Source: a virus
Direction: 5' to 3' (one strand)
IMG/VR virus record: IMGVR_UViG_3300042503_000983
Span: 1-64,000 of that record
DNA: 64,000 nucleotides
The notes under the pieces were generated by a model. That model was not told the DNA's origin. It saw nothing but the letters and a program-made list of their open reading frames with translations, and made no database searches. Shown in pieces: positions 31,373 to 41,260 of this stretch (position 1 is the first letter of the stretch; the number at the start of each line of letters is the position of its first letter). The translations under genes and the position numbers were made by a program.

Positions 31373-32247
31373 CTGCAGGTATTGATGTAGTCTATGAAGT
31401 AGAATCTGACTTCATAATCTTTTGTCCCTATCATAATAATTATAGATCTCCTGCTGCAGAAATTTCAAAAGAAAGCGGATTGTTTTATTGCTTTGGATGT
31501 CAAGAATCTCATTCTTTAATTGAAGTAGTTATGCATGTAACTAAAAGATCATATTTTGAATCTGCAAGAATGATTGATTCTAAATCAGAAAATGTTAATT
31601 TTATTGAAAGCATAGAAGCAAAGCTTAATAAGAAACCAGACTTTGTTGAATTTGATATTGAATTAGTTAAGAGGCTAAACACATCTGCACTTAATTCACA
31701 AAGAGCTGCAAGCTACTATCTTGGTAGGGGAATTACGAAAGATAGTGTTGAAAAGTATCTGCTTGGATACTCTGAGTCTCAGGATATGGTTACTATTCCA
31801 GTACACTCTCCAGATGGAATGTGTCTGGGATTTGTTGGCAGGTCTATAGAAGGAAAAGAGTTTAAGAATACTCCAGGACTTCCAAAAGCTAAAACAATGT
31901 TTAATTTATTTAGAGCAAAAAGATTTGATAAGGTTTTTGTTGTAGAGTCATCCTTTGATGCAATACGCCTAGAACAGGCAGGAGCACACGCTGTAGCCAC
32001 TTTGGGAGCTTCTGTGTCAGGTAAACAGAGGGAACTTTTAAAGCAGTATTTTAATAATGTAATTATTTTAGGAGATAACGATGATGCTGGAAGAGAGATG
32101 GCTAAAAAACTATCAAACATTTTGGGATCAAGTGCAATTAATGCAAGTCTTCCAGAGTCAGTAAAAGATGTATCAGATTTATCAGATGAAGATCTAAAAA
32201 AGTTTGTGTCACAATTTGACGATCTAGTAGCAAATGTGTTACAATAG
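31294..32247 (+). CDS. dnaG: DNA primase (CHC2 zinc finger plus TOPRIM)
   Basis: CPYH...YCFGC; VVESSFDA; DNDDAG; start is uncertain. Confidence 0.93.
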   Translation: MYIRDRQKQASDGFLYSEDQVRRSLLAAGIDVVYEVESDFIIFCPYHNNYRSPAAEISKESGLFYCFGCQESHSLIEVVMHVTKRSYFESARMIDSKSENVNFIESIEAKLNKKPDFVEFDIELVKRLNTSALNSQRAASYYLGRGITKDSVEKYLLGYSESQDMVTIPVHSPDGMCLGFVGRSIEGKEFKNTPGLPKAKTMFNLFRAKRFDKVFVVESSFDAIRLEQAGAHAVATLGASVSGKQRELLKQYFNNVIILGDNDDAGREMAKKLSNILGSSAINASLPESVKDVSDLSDEDLKKFVSQFDDLVANVLQ

Positions 32248-32289
32248 TAAAACTGTCCATGTATAGGACAAAATATTAGGAGAAATAGT

Positions 32290-32940
32290 ATGGCAATTGT
32301 AAAAGGGCTAAAGAATATCGAAGCAATGCTAGATAAGCCAAAATTTGAAAATAACGGTCCACGAGTAACGTGGCTAAAACTAGAAGATAATCAGAGTGTA
32401 TCCGTTCGTTTTGTTAACGAACTTGATGCAGACTCCCCAAGCTATGACGAAAAGAATGGTCTTGCCATTGTCGTTTCTGAGCACACAAATCCAAAGGACT
32501 ATAAGCGTAAGGCAGCTTGTTCTGCTGAAAGTGAAGGTCGTTGCTTTGGTTGCGAAATGCACAGAAAAGACATGAAGGCTGGCTGGAGAGCACGTCTACG
32601 ATTCTACATTAATGTTTTAGTTGATGATGGAGTTAACGATCCTTACATCGCTGTATGGAGCATGGGTGTGGCAAAGTCTGCAACTTTTGATACAATTCGT
32701 GAATACGTTCAAGACTCGCAAAGTCTTTCAAGCATGACATGGAAGCTAAAGCGAAATGGTAAGGGAACTGAAACAACCTATATTCTAATTCCAATTAAGC
32801 AGGATGAAGAAAAGTTTGATTGGTCTAAGCAAGAAATCCCAGACCTTGAGGCAGTAGTAAGAGAAGTTCCTTACGCTGAGCAAGAGTCTTTCTATCTTGG
32901 CTTTGACAATCCATCCGTATCTACTTCTGTAGATTGGTAA
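32290..32940 (+). CDS. Phage ssDNA-binding protein (gp32-like)
   Basis: Between primase and polymerase; His/Cys cluster; RNGKGTETTY; ends STSVDW. Confidence 0.7.
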   Translation: MAIVKGLKNIEAMLDKPKFENNGPRVTWLKLEDNQSVSVRFVNELDADSPSYDEKNGLAIVVSEHTNPKDYKRKAACSAESEGRCFGCEMHRKDMKAGWRARLRFYINVLVDDGVNDPYIAVWSMGVAKSATFDTIREYVQDSQSLSSMTWKLKRNGKGTETTYILIPIKQDEEKFDWSKQEIPDLEAVVREVPYAEQESFYLGFDNPSVSTSVDW

Positions 32941-32944
32941 TTGT

Positions 32945-32973
32945 GGTGGGGGAGAAGTACTCCCCCACCCTTT
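32945..32973 (+). terminator. Hairpin between SSB and dnaE
   Basis: GGTGGGGGAG/CTCCCCCACC 10-bp stem followed by CTTT. Confidence 0.7.
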
Positions 32974-32990
32974 ATAACTGAAAGGTTAAA

Positions 32991-35900
32991 ATGACTTACG
33001 TTCCACTACACGTTCACACACACTACTCTCTAATGGATGGTGTTGCAACTCCAGAAGAGTATGCAAAACGTGCTTCTGAAATTGGGCTATCAGCAATAGC
33101 AATAACTGACCATGGCGTTCTGTCTGGTCATAGACCTATGTACAGGGCTGCAAAAGCAAATGGCATTAAACCAATTTTAGGAATTGAAGGATACATAACT
33201 GCAGACAGATTTGATAACAGAGATAAGTCTGAAAGAACAGATCCCCTAGACATGGTATATAACCATATTGTTCTTCTTGCAAAAAATGACAAGGGTTTAG
33301 AAAATTTAAATAAACTTAATGAACTTGCTTGGACTGAAGGATATTATAGAAAGCCAAGAATTGACTTTGAAATCCTATCAAAGTATAAAGAGGGAATTAT
33401 AGTTTTATCAGCATGTATGAGTGGACTTCTTGCAAAAGCAATTGAGCATAAAGAATATGCTGCTGCTAAAAAACACATGACCTGGTTTAAAGAAACTTTT
33501 GGTGAAGATTTTTATGTAGAAGTTATGCCACATAACTCTGCAGAATTAAATAAAGAACTTCTTGAAATGGCTGATATCTATGATGTAAAGCCAGTAGTAA
33601 CTCCTGACTGCCACCACTCTGATAAAAGCCAAAAGGTCATTCAAGAAATGATGCTACTTTTAAATACACACGCAAAGATTAATAAAGAATCTACTTTTGA
33701 TAAGGCTTCAAAGATTGAAGACCCAATGAAAAGACTTGACTATTTGTACGGTGAAGATAGAATAATGTCTTTTAGAAGTTTTGACATTCACTTACTTTCT
33801 TATGAAGAGATTAAATCAGCAATGCAACAACAAGGTATTAAGCGTGAAGACATTTATGAAAATACTGTTGAGATTTCAAATAAGGTAGAAGAGTATACTA
33901 TTAAGAGTGGCTTAGACCTGCTTCCAATAAACGTTGAAGATCCAGATAACGAGCTGCTCGCACTTGCATCTAGAGGACTAGTCTTAAAAGGTTTGTCTGA
34001 AAACAAGGAGTACTTAGATAGATTAAATCTAGAACTTGATGTTATCAAGAGTAAAAACTTTTCACCATACTTTTTAGTTGTTCATAATATGCTTAACTGG
34101 GCAAAAGATCAGGGTATCATGGTGGGTCCAGGTCGTGGTTCAGCAGCAGGTTCTTTGGTTTGTTATGCGTTGGGAATTACAGAAATTGATCCAATTGAAT
34201 ACGGTCTTTTGTTTTTCCGTTTTATTAATCCAGATAGAGATGACTTCCCTGATATTGATTCTGATATTGCAGATGATAGAAGAGATGAAGTAAAAGCATA
34301 TCTTGAACGTGAATATAAAAACGTTGCATCCATTGCTACATTCCTTGCATTTAAAGATAAAGGTGTTGTTAGAGATGTTGCTAGAGCTTTCAACATTCCC
34401 CTTAATGATGTTAACAAGGTTCTTAAGGGTGTAGACAGTTGGGATGATTTTACAAGGTCAACCAATGCTCAATGGTTTAGAATGAAGTATCCTGAAATTG
34501 TTAAGTATGGAGAGCAACTGCGTGGAAGAATTCGTGGAACTGGAATTCATGCTGCAGGTGTGGTTACTGCAAAAGATTCAATCTTTAAATATGCCCCACT
34601 TGAAACAAGAATTGCACCAGGAAGCAAGGAAAGAATCCCTGTTGTTGCAGTTGATATGGAAGAGGCTGCAGAGATTGGACTAATTAAGCTTGATGTTTTG
34701 GGTCTCAAAACCCTAACTGTAATTGACCAAACTATTAAAACAATTAAAGAACGTCACGGAATTGATATTGACTTAAAGAAAATACCCCTGAATGACAAGA
34801 AAGTCTTTGAGATGCTCTCTGAGGGTCGTACAAAGGGTGTCTTTCAATGTGAAGCAACTCCTTACACAAATCTATTAGTTAAAATGAGAGTTAATAATTT
34901 TGACGAACTAGTTGCATCAAATGCACTGGTTAGACCAGGTGCTATGAATACAATTGGAAAATCATATATTGCTCGTAAGCATGGCAGAGAGATGGTTGAA
35001 TACATTCATCCCTCTATGAATGATTATCTAAAAGATACTTATGGATGTGTTTTGTATCAAGAGCAAGTTATGCAAGCCTGTGTAGTTCTTGGTGAAATGA
35101 CAATGGTTGAAGCTGACAAAGTTAGAAAAATTATTGGTAAGAAAAAAGATGCTAAAGAGTTTGACATATTTAAAGATAAGTTTGTTAAGAATGCAGAAAA
35201 GCATATTGGAATTAGAGCAAGTGATCTTTGGCACGACTTTGAAGCACACGCTGGGTATTCTTTTAATAAGTCTCACGCTGTTGCCTATTCCACACTTTCT
35301 TATTGGACTGCTTGGCTGAAGTATCATTACCCTATTGAGTTTATGTTTTCATTGTTAAAGAGTGAAAAAGATAGTGACACCCGTACTGAATATTTAATTG
35401 AATCTAAACGCATGGGGCTATCTTTAAAACTTCCTCACATTAATGAGTCTGACTCAGATTTTAAAATTGAAGGTAAGGGTATTAGATTTGGACTTGCTGC
35501 AATTAAGTGGCTTTCTGAAGGAGTAGCAACTAAGATTATTTCAGGCAGACCCTTTGAATCTAAAGAGCAGTTTAAAAAATTTGCAATGCAAAAAGGTAGT
35601 GGAATTAATTCAAGAGCAGTAGAGGCACTAGATCTTATTGGTGCTTTAACATTTGAAGATAACCCTAGAAATGAAGTTAAGGTAAGAGAAAATCTTTATG
35701 AATATCTAAATCTTCCAGAACTAAATACAAGTGTTCCACAACATTATTATGCATACATAGATCTTGTAGAAGACTTTGATGAGCAAGGTGTTTTTGTTTT
35801 GCTTGGTATTGCAAAGAACATTAAGCGTGGCAAGGGTTGGTCAAGAGTAGAGATCATGGACTCTACTGGTGTAATTGGAATATTTGATGATGAAGAGACT

Positions 35901-36260
35901 AAGATTGAGCCAGGAAGAACTTATCTAATCCTTGCAGGTGCAAATAGAATTTCTGAAGCTATTCCAATTGATGAATTAAAAGACCATAAGGAAAGTCCTC
36001 TTATAAAGTTTTTAAACTATAAGCAGATTCCATTTGCAAACGATGAGCACTTTGTGCTATCATTTACTCCTAGAGTTACTAAGGCTGGAAAAAGAATGGC
36101 TAACATGATTGTTGCTGACAGTTCAAGAGAGATGACTGCTGCAATGGTGTTCCCAACAATGTTCTCTACTGGATATATGAAGTGTCAGCCTGGAAAAGTA
36201 GCAAAGATTAATTTTGGTGAAACAAAAGAAGGAACTATTACATTGAAGGAAGTATTATAA
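32991..36260 (+). CDS. dnaE: DNA polymerase III alpha subunit
   Basis: PHP domain HVHTHYSLMDG and ITDHG; GRGSAAGS; PDIDSD; KLDVLGL; FNKSH; no intein-sized insert. Confidence 0.97.
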   Translation: MTYVPLHVHTHYSLMDGVATPEEYAKRASEIGLSAIAITDHGVLSGHRPMYRAAKANGIKPILGIEGYITADRFDNRDKSERTDPLDMVYNHIVLLAKNDKGLENLNKLNELAWTEGYYRKPRIDFEILSKYKEGIIVLSACMSGLLAKAIEHKEYAAAKKHMTWFKETFGEDFYVEVMPHNSAELNKELLEMADIYDVKPVVTPDCHHSDKSQKVIQEMMLLLNTHAKINKESTFDKASKIEDPMKRLDYLYGEDRIMSFRSFDIHLLSYEEIKSAMQQQGIKREDIYENTVEISNKVEEYTIKSGLDLLPINVEDPDNELLALASRGLVLKGLSENKEYLDRLNLELDVIKSKNFSPYFLVVHNMLNWAKDQGIMVGPGRGSAAGSLVCYALGITEIDPIEYGLLFFRFINPDRDDFPDIDSDIADDRRDEVKAYLEREYKNVASIATFLAFKDKGVVRDVARAFNIPLNDVNKVLKGVDSWDDFTRSTNAQWFRMKYPEIVKYGEQLRGRIRGTGIHAAGVVTAKDSIFKYAPLETRIAPGSKERIPVVAVDMEEAAEIGLIKLDVLGLKTLTVIDQTIKTIKERHGIDIDLKKIPLNDKKVFEMLSEGRTKGVFQCEATPYTNLLVKMRVNNFDELVASNALVRPGAMNTIGKSYIARKHGREMVEYIHPSMNDYLKDTYGCVLYQEQVMQACVVLGEMTMVEADKVRKIIGKKKDAKEFDIFKDKFVKNAEKHIGIRASDLWHDFEAHAGYSFNKSHAVAYSTLSYWTAWLKYHYPIEFMFSLLKSEKDSDTRTEYLIESKRMGLSLKLPHINESDSDFKIEGKGIRFGLAAIKWLSEGVATKIISGRPFESKEQFKKFAMQKGSGINSRAVEALDLIGALTFEDNPRNEVKVRENLYEYLNLPELNTSVPQHYYAYIDLVEDFDEQGVFVLLGIAKNIKRGKGWSRVEIMDSTGVIGIFDDEETKIEPGRTYLILAGANRISEAIPIDELKDHKESPLIKFLNYKQIPFANDEHFVLSFTPRVTKAGKRMANMIVADSSREMTAAMVFPTMFSTGYMKCQPGKVAKINFGETKEGTITLKEVL

Positions 36261-36587
36261 ATGGCTATCGTAATTGATGAATTTGCAGCAGTACTACATG
36301 CAAATGCAAGGGACAAGGGTTTTTGGGATGATAACAATGGAACTATATTTTATCTAAAGCAACTTGCAATGGTGCACTCAGAAGTGTCTGAGGTGCTTGA
36401 GGCAATACGCAAGGAGAAGGGTGATGATCAAGTGGTAGAAGAACTAGCTGACATCATTATTAGAGTCTTAGACTTGTATGCTGGTTTAGTTAGAGACGGA
36501 TATACAGAATTGTCTCTCGAAGAGTCTTTAAAGAATAAGGCTAAAATAAATACAGAACGCCCAAAGATGCACGGTGTGCTAGCATGA
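36261..36587 (+). CDS. MazG-like nucleotide pyrophosphohydrolase
   Basis: SEVSEVLEA...EELADIIIR. Confidence 0.85.
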   Translation: MAIVIDEFAAVLHANARDKGFWDDNNGTIFYLKQLAMVHSEVSEVLEAIRKEKGDDQVVEELADIIIRVLDLYAGLVRDGYTELSLEESLKNKAKINTERPKMHGVLA

Positions 36588-37597
36588 GTAAAATAGACCT
36601 AGATGATTTCTTATCTCAATTAGATCCAAAGTTGCGTAAAAAAATTACAAGTGGTAACACCATTGAAATAACTAAACAAAAGACCCCCAGTATTAGTTTA
36701 AACAATGCCCTTAAAGGTGGCTTTGGATATGGTCGTCAGGTTCTTATTTGGGGAAATAAGTCTGCAGGTAAATCTTCGTTCTGTTTGCAAATGATTGCTG
36801 ATGCACAAAAGGATGGAAAGGTATGTGCCTGGATTGATGCAGAAGCATCCTTTGATCCAGAGTGGGCAAGAAAACTTGGAGTAGATGTTGACCAACTTAT
36901 TTATTCAAATGCTAGAAGTATGAATGAAATGGTAGATGTTGGAGTCCAGTTAATGAAAGCTGGGGTAGACATTTTAATTGTTGATTCTATTTCTGCACTT
37001 CTTCCTGCTATATATTTTGAAAAAGATTCAGAAGAATTGAAACAGTTAGAAAACACTAAGCAAATTGGTGCAGAGGCAAGAGACATGACGAATGCAGTAA
37101 AGATGCTAAACTATGCTAATAACAATGATAAGCCCACTCTTCTTGTTTTAATTTCTCAACAAAGAAATAACATTGGTGCAATGTTTGCATCACACCAGCC
37201 AACTGGAGGTCATGCCGTTAAATTCTTTAGTAGCACAATTGTTAAATTGTGGTCAAGTGAGTCTGACAATCAAGCGATCAAGGGAAAGATAGTTTCAGGA
37301 GATAAGGTTATCGAATCTAAGATTGGTCGTGTAGTTAACTGGCATGTTGATTTTAACAAAACTGGTCCAGCATTTGTTGCAGGTTCTTATGACTTCTATT
37401 TTGATGGAGAAGGTTCTATGGGGGTTGATAAGGTTGCAGACCTTGTTGATACTGCAGAGCTTGTGGGTGCAATTCAAAAGGGTGGTGCTTGGTATACTGT
37501 TGGAGAAGAAAGACTTCAGGGTAGGGCAAAAGTTATTGAATGGCTAAAAGAAGATCCCCAAAGAGTTTTAGACTTAGAAGCAAAACTAAATGTATAA
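36584..37597 (+). CDS. recA: RecA/UvsX-like recombinase
   Basis: GNKSAGKS, WIDAE, IVDSISAL, TGGHAVKFFSS, GAWY. Confidence 0.95.
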   Translation: MSKIDLDDFLSQLDPKLRKKITSGNTIEITKQKTPSISLNNALKGGFGYGRQVLIWGNKSAGKSSFCLQMIADAQKDGKVCAWIDAEASFDPEWARKLGVDVDQLIYSNARSMNEMVDVGVQLMKAGVDILIVDSISALLPAIYFEKDSEELKQLENTKQIGAEARDMTNAVKMLNYANNNDKPTLLVLISQQRNNIGAMFASHQPTGGHAVKFFSSTIVKLWSSESDNQAIKGKIVSGDKVIESKIGRVVNWHVDFNKTGPAFVAGSYDFYFDGEGSMGVDKVADLVDTAELVGAIQKGGAWYTVGEERLQGRAKVIEWLKEDPQRVLDLEAKLNV

Positions 37598-37745
37598 AAA
37601 CTTTTCTGAATACAGGGGAAAATTCTCTTGCCACTCATGCAAACAATTAGTGCTGATTGCAAGATTTTATAGCGAAGATATGAAGCTAACTTGGCTTTGT
37701 TCAAATAGACACATGTCTGAAGTTATTTTAACAAGGGGGGCATAG
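37590..37745 (+). CDS. Small zinc-binding protein (51 aa, not in ORF track)
   Basis: MYKNFSEYRGKFSCHSCKQ...WLCSNRH; overlaps both neighbours. Confidence 0.65.
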   Translation: MYKNFSEYRGKFSCHSCKQLVLIARFYSEDMKLTWLCSNRHMSEVILTRGA

Positions 37746-38044
37746 TGAGTGAACGTGCTGAGCTTAAAAGAGCAGGGCTAAAAGCTCACAAGAATTCTGG
37801 TAGAGGTGCTGTCAAAGCTGACGGTAGTGATGATGAATTTGTTGTAGATGTAAAAGAGTATAGTAAATCATTTTCTATTAGCCAAGATAACTGGGCTAAG
37901 ATTGTTACTGATACTTTAAAAGTAGATAGATCAAAAAATCCAGCACTAATGTTAGTAATTGGTGAAGGTAATAAAAAAGTTAGACTTGCTGTTATTGAAT
38001 GGGAAGTGTTTGAAGAATTGAGGAATAATGGAAACAACAGTTGA
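37745..38044 (+). CDS. Putative Holliday-junction resolvase, PD-(D/E)xK (Hjc-like)
   Basis: NSGRG..KADG...VVDVKE. Confidence 0.7.
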   Translation: MSERAELKRAGLKAHKNSGRGAVKADGSDDEFVVDVKEYSKSFSISQDNWAKIVTDTLKVDRSKNPALMLVIGEGNKKVRLAVIEWEVFEELRNNGNNS

Positions 38045-38345
38045 ATTATTAAATCAGGTAAATGGATTTAATGAAATATCTGAGCATATGCAAGATGAGG
38101 AATTAACTCAGACTCTTGCTCTTGTTGCAAAGCTTATTTCCAAGCCAGATGTTCCAGCATCAATTGGAGTAGAACTAATTGTAAAACTGCAAGCATACTC
38201 TGCTAAATTTGCAATGCTCGCTTCCTGGTATACTAATGTTAAGAAAGATGAAAGAGCAAAAAAGAATATATACTATTCAGCTAAAGAAGCAACGGATAGA
38301 CTAGTGGATGCATTAAAATATGCAGTTAGGATTAACAATGGCTAA
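38028..38345 (+). CDS. Hypothetical helical protein
   Basis: RBS GAGG; coupled within the recombination cluster. Confidence 0.65.
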   Translation: METTVELLNQVNGFNEISEHMQDEELTQTLALVAKLISKPDVPASIGVELIVKLQAYSAKFAMLASWYTNVKKDERAKKNIYYSAKEATDRLVDALKYAVRINNG

Positions 38346-39117
38346 AAGCCTTATTAACAAGTTGGTTGAAAAACCAAAGAAGAGTGAAGAGAATTTAATT
38401 GATAGTCAAGCAATTGTTGACAAGATTAAAGAAGGATATGCTTTACAAAGAAAGTCATCTTTTAAAAAGAGAGATAGCTTTACCCCATCAACGCTTACTT
38501 ATGGTGCAGGTAAGTGTCCTAGATTTTGGTATTTATGGTTTGAAGGAAATGAATCTGATGTAAAGACAGACTGGTACTCAGTTGCAAACATGGACAGTGG
38601 TACGGATCGTCATGGTCGTATTGAAAAAGCCATGGAGTCTGCAGGTATCTTGGTAACAAATGAAGAGCGTTTGACTTATCAAGATCCTCCAATTTCTGGT
38701 AGAACAGATGCAATTATTAAGTGGAATGACATGGACATTCTTACTGAAATTAAAACACTTAACGAAGATTCTTTTCATTATCTAAATGTAAAGGGGGAGG
38801 CAAGAAAGTATCACGTTGAACAGCTTCTTATCTATATGAAGATTTTAAAGAAGAGCTTTGCTTTCCTTGTTTATGAATCAAAGAATAGCCATGAGCTTTC
38901 CATGTTCCCTGTTAAACTAAGTGAGCATTACAAAAACTTTATAAACTACTTCTTTGATTGGATGAGAGAAGTTAAGAAAGCTTCTGACGATGGTCTTCTT
39001 CCTGAAAATCCTTATCGTTCTAACTCCAAGGTGTGCAAGGGTTGTGATTTTGAAACAGTTTGTCGCACAAAGCCAAAGGGTGATATTAAGATAGCTCCAA
39101 GGAAAGACCTTGAATAA
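38338..39117 (+). CDS. Cas4/RecB-like PD-(D/E)xK exonuclease
   Basis: CPR; GTDRH; GRTD; EIKT; QLLIY; C-terminal CxxC..C. Confidence 0.85.
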   Translation: MAKSLINKLVEKPKKSEENLIDSQAIVDKIKEGYALQRKSSFKKRDSFTPSTLTYGAGKCPRFWYLWFEGNESDVKTDWYSVANMDSGTDRHGRIEKAMESAGILVTNEERLTYQDPPISGRTDAIIKWNDMDILTEIKTLNEDSFHYLNVKGEARKYHVEQLLIYMKILKKSFAFLVYESKNSHELSMFPVKLSEHYKNFINYFFDWMREVKKASDDGLLPENPYRSNSKVCKGCDFETVCRTKPKGDIKIAPRKDLE

Positions 39118-39403
39118 ATTTTGTAAACTATGCGATAAACAATTTGAAACAAATAATAAGAATCAAATATATTGCTGCTCTGATTGTAGATCTAATGCTA
39201 CTAAGGAAAAAATTTTACAAAGGTATAAGGTTTCTAAAGTAAAGTCTCGTGCAAACAAATCAAGGAAATGTGCTGGTGGATGCGGTATTGATATTAGCAT
39301 TTACAATGATGTTGGTTTTTGCAACATCTGCATGATGAGTAAGAAAAAACTTGATCAAGCTTTAAAAGATATAAAAGGACTTTTTGATTATGAGCAAAAG
39401 TAG
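39110..39403 (+). CDS. Cys-rich zinc-finger protein
   Basis: CKLC..YCCSDC..CAGGC..CNIC; TTG start. Confidence 0.7.
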   Translation: MNKFCKLCDKQFETNNKNQIYCCSDCRSNATKEKILQRYKVSKVKSRANKSRKCAGGCGIDISIYNDVGFCNICMMSKKKLDQALKDIKGLFDYEQK

Positions 39404-39977
39404 TTGGAAAGATATTGGTAAGCCAAAAAGATTTATGTCAATAGACGCTTCCTCTACTTCTGCTGCCTTTGCAATATTTGAAAACAGTGAATTGGTAAAG
39501 TTTGGAAAGATTAATTTTACTGGAAACGATCATTATAAAAAAGCTGGAGATGCTTGTAAAAAGCTAACTCCATTGTTTAAAACATTTGATGTTGAGGCAG
39601 TTGTAATAGAAAATACTATTTTTGCAAACTCTCCAAAGACATCTATGCAATTAGCACTTGCACAGGGTGCTATTGTTAGTGCAGCATACATTAATGGGGT
39701 GAAGGAAATATATCCATGCGTACCAGTTGCTTGGCAAAACTGGATTGGAAACAAGGTTCTAACAAAAGAAGAAAAGTTTGAACTAAGAAAGAAGACTCCT
39801 GGAAAATCAGAATCTTGGTACAAAGGCAAGGAAAGAGAGTTCAGAAAGAATAGGACTATTAGACTTGTTAATATAGAATTTATGACTGATGTAGATGACA
39901 ACGATGTTGCTGATGCAATTGCAATTGGATGGTACTCTACAAACAACTGGAATAAAATAACTAAACTTGACTCATAA
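39390..39977 (+). CDS. RuvC-like resolvase/nuclease
   Basis: SIDASST, VVIE, DNDVADAIAIG acidic residues. Confidence 0.8.
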   Translation: MSKSSWKDIGKPKRFMSIDASSTSAAFAIFENSELVKFGKINFTGNDHYKKAGDACKKLTPLFKTFDVEAVVIENTIFANSPKTSMQLALAQGAIVSAAYINGVKEIYPCVPVAWQNWIGNKVLTKEEKFELRKKTPGKSESWYKGKEREFRKNRTIRLVNIEFMTDVDDNDVADAIAIGWYSTNNWNKITKLDS

Positions 39978-39993
39978 AGGATATAATGATATT

Positions 39994-40146
39994 ATGAAAA
40001 TGTACACTAATGAAAATTGGCTTAGAAAAAGATTCTTAATGGATAAAAAAACTCCAGAAGAGATTGCAAAAGAATGTGGAGTTTCACTTGAAACTATATA
40101 TGTTTATCTTGGTAAGTTTGGATTGAGAAAGAGTAGAAGGAAGTAA
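39994..40146 (+). CDS. Small HTH protein (50 aa, not in ORF track)
   Basis: KTPEEIAKECGVSLETIYVYL; upstream TTGACT-17-TATTAT. Confidence 0.75.
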   Translation: MKMYTNENWLRKRFLMDKKTPEEIAKECGVSLETIYVYLGKFGLRKSRRK

Positions 40147-40481
40147 TGGCTGAATACCCATCAGAAGCATTCTTTGTAAATAAGAATGAAGAAAAGATTA
40201 AAAAGATTTTTGAACTTTCTAAAACTGCACCAGCTGGATACAGTATCCTTGCTGCCTGTTTAGATATTACAGAAATGTTGCTAGAAAAGAATGTAGCATA
40301 CGGAAACTCTGCTCTTAATCCTATTCGCATCTTTAGCAACGCAGACGATATGGAGCAGTTAAATGTTCGTATTGATGATAAGTTAAATAGAATTAAAAAT
40401 AAAAAGCTGTATGCAGGTGACAATGACGAAGATGATTTAATTGGATACCTATTGCTAAAGAAGGCTAAAAAGCGTGGCTAA
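40146..40481 (+). CDS. Nucleotide-modification-associated domain protein (DUF1599-like)
   Basis: KNVAYGNS...RIDDKLNRI...DLIGY. Confidence 0.7.
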   Translation: MAEYPSEAFFVNKNEEKIKKIFELSKTAPAGYSILAACLDITEMLLEKNVAYGNSALNPIRIFSNADDMEQLNVRIDDKLNRIKNKKLYAGDNDEDDLIGYLLLKKAKKRG

Positions 40482-40761
40482 AAGAAAAATTACTTACATA
40501 GATCGTTTTGAAAGAAAGTTTTCTATGGTAACTGAAACTGGTCACGAAGTAAACAAGGGTGACTTAATAAAGATTGTTGGGGAACATGGAGCTACTTTTA
40601 AGTTTCAATGCCTAGTCAAAAATCCTGAAAATGGTGTAGAATGGATAGACTGCTTTCAAATGCTAAAGGATATGTCTGGACCAACTAGGTCTTTTTATCC
40701 TGACAGAGTTAAGGCAGTAAAGAAGAGAGGTAAACGTGTCAAGCGAAGCAGCACTAGTTGA
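40474..40761 (+). CDS. Hypothetical protein, SH3-like
   Basis: KGDLIKI...EWIDC...RSFYPDRV. Confidence 0.6.
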   Translation: MAKRKITYIDRFERKFSMVTETGHEVNKGDLIKIVGEHGATFKFQCLVKNPENGVEWIDCFQMLKDMSGPTRSFYPDRVKAVKKRGKRVKRSSTS

Positions 40762-41260
40762 TCATTTAGATCTTGTTAATAAGGTTGCATCAGAATACCT
40801 AAAAGGTTCAGATGCTTCAGAGATTGCAAAAACTTTAAGTCTTCCAAGAGCAAAGGTAACAGAGTTACTTACTGACTGGAGAGTAATGGCTGCAAACAAT
40901 CAAGCTATTCATGCTCGTGCAAAAGAGGCTCTTGCAGGTGCAGACCAGCACTACTCTTCGCTAATTAAAAAGGCTTATGAAGTTATTGACTCTGCAGATC
41001 AAACTGCAAATCTAACAGCCAAAACAACATCTATTAAACTTATTGCTGACATTGAAAGCAAAAGGCTTGAGATGCTACAAAAGGCAGGTCTGTTAGATAA
41101 CCAAGAGTTGGCAGATGAACTTTTAGAAACAGAAAGAAAGCAAGAAATTCTTATATCTATTCTAAAAGAAGTAACATCTTCTTGCGAAACCTGTAGACCA
41201 AAGGTTCTTAAAAAGCTTTCTCAGGTTAATGAGGGTGGAGTTGTTATAATTGACAATTGA
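40736..41260 (+). CDS. Putative terminase small subunit
   Basis: N-terminal HTH (ASEIAKTLSL) plus coiled coil; overlaps the large subunit. Confidence 0.65.
   Translation: MSSEAALVDHLDLVNKVASEYLKGSDASEIAKTLSLPRAKVTELLTDWRVMAANNQAIHARAKEALAGADQHYSSLIKKAYEVIDSADQTANLTAKTTSIKLIADIESKRLEMLQKAGLLDNQELADELLETERKQEILISILKEVTSSCETCRPKVLKKLSQVNEGGVVIIDN

Noticed and set aside
38338-39117. Cas4-like gene as a sign of a CRISPR-Cas system
   Set aside because: No repeat-spacer array or other cas genes are visible; solo Cas4-like nucleases are common in phage recombination modules
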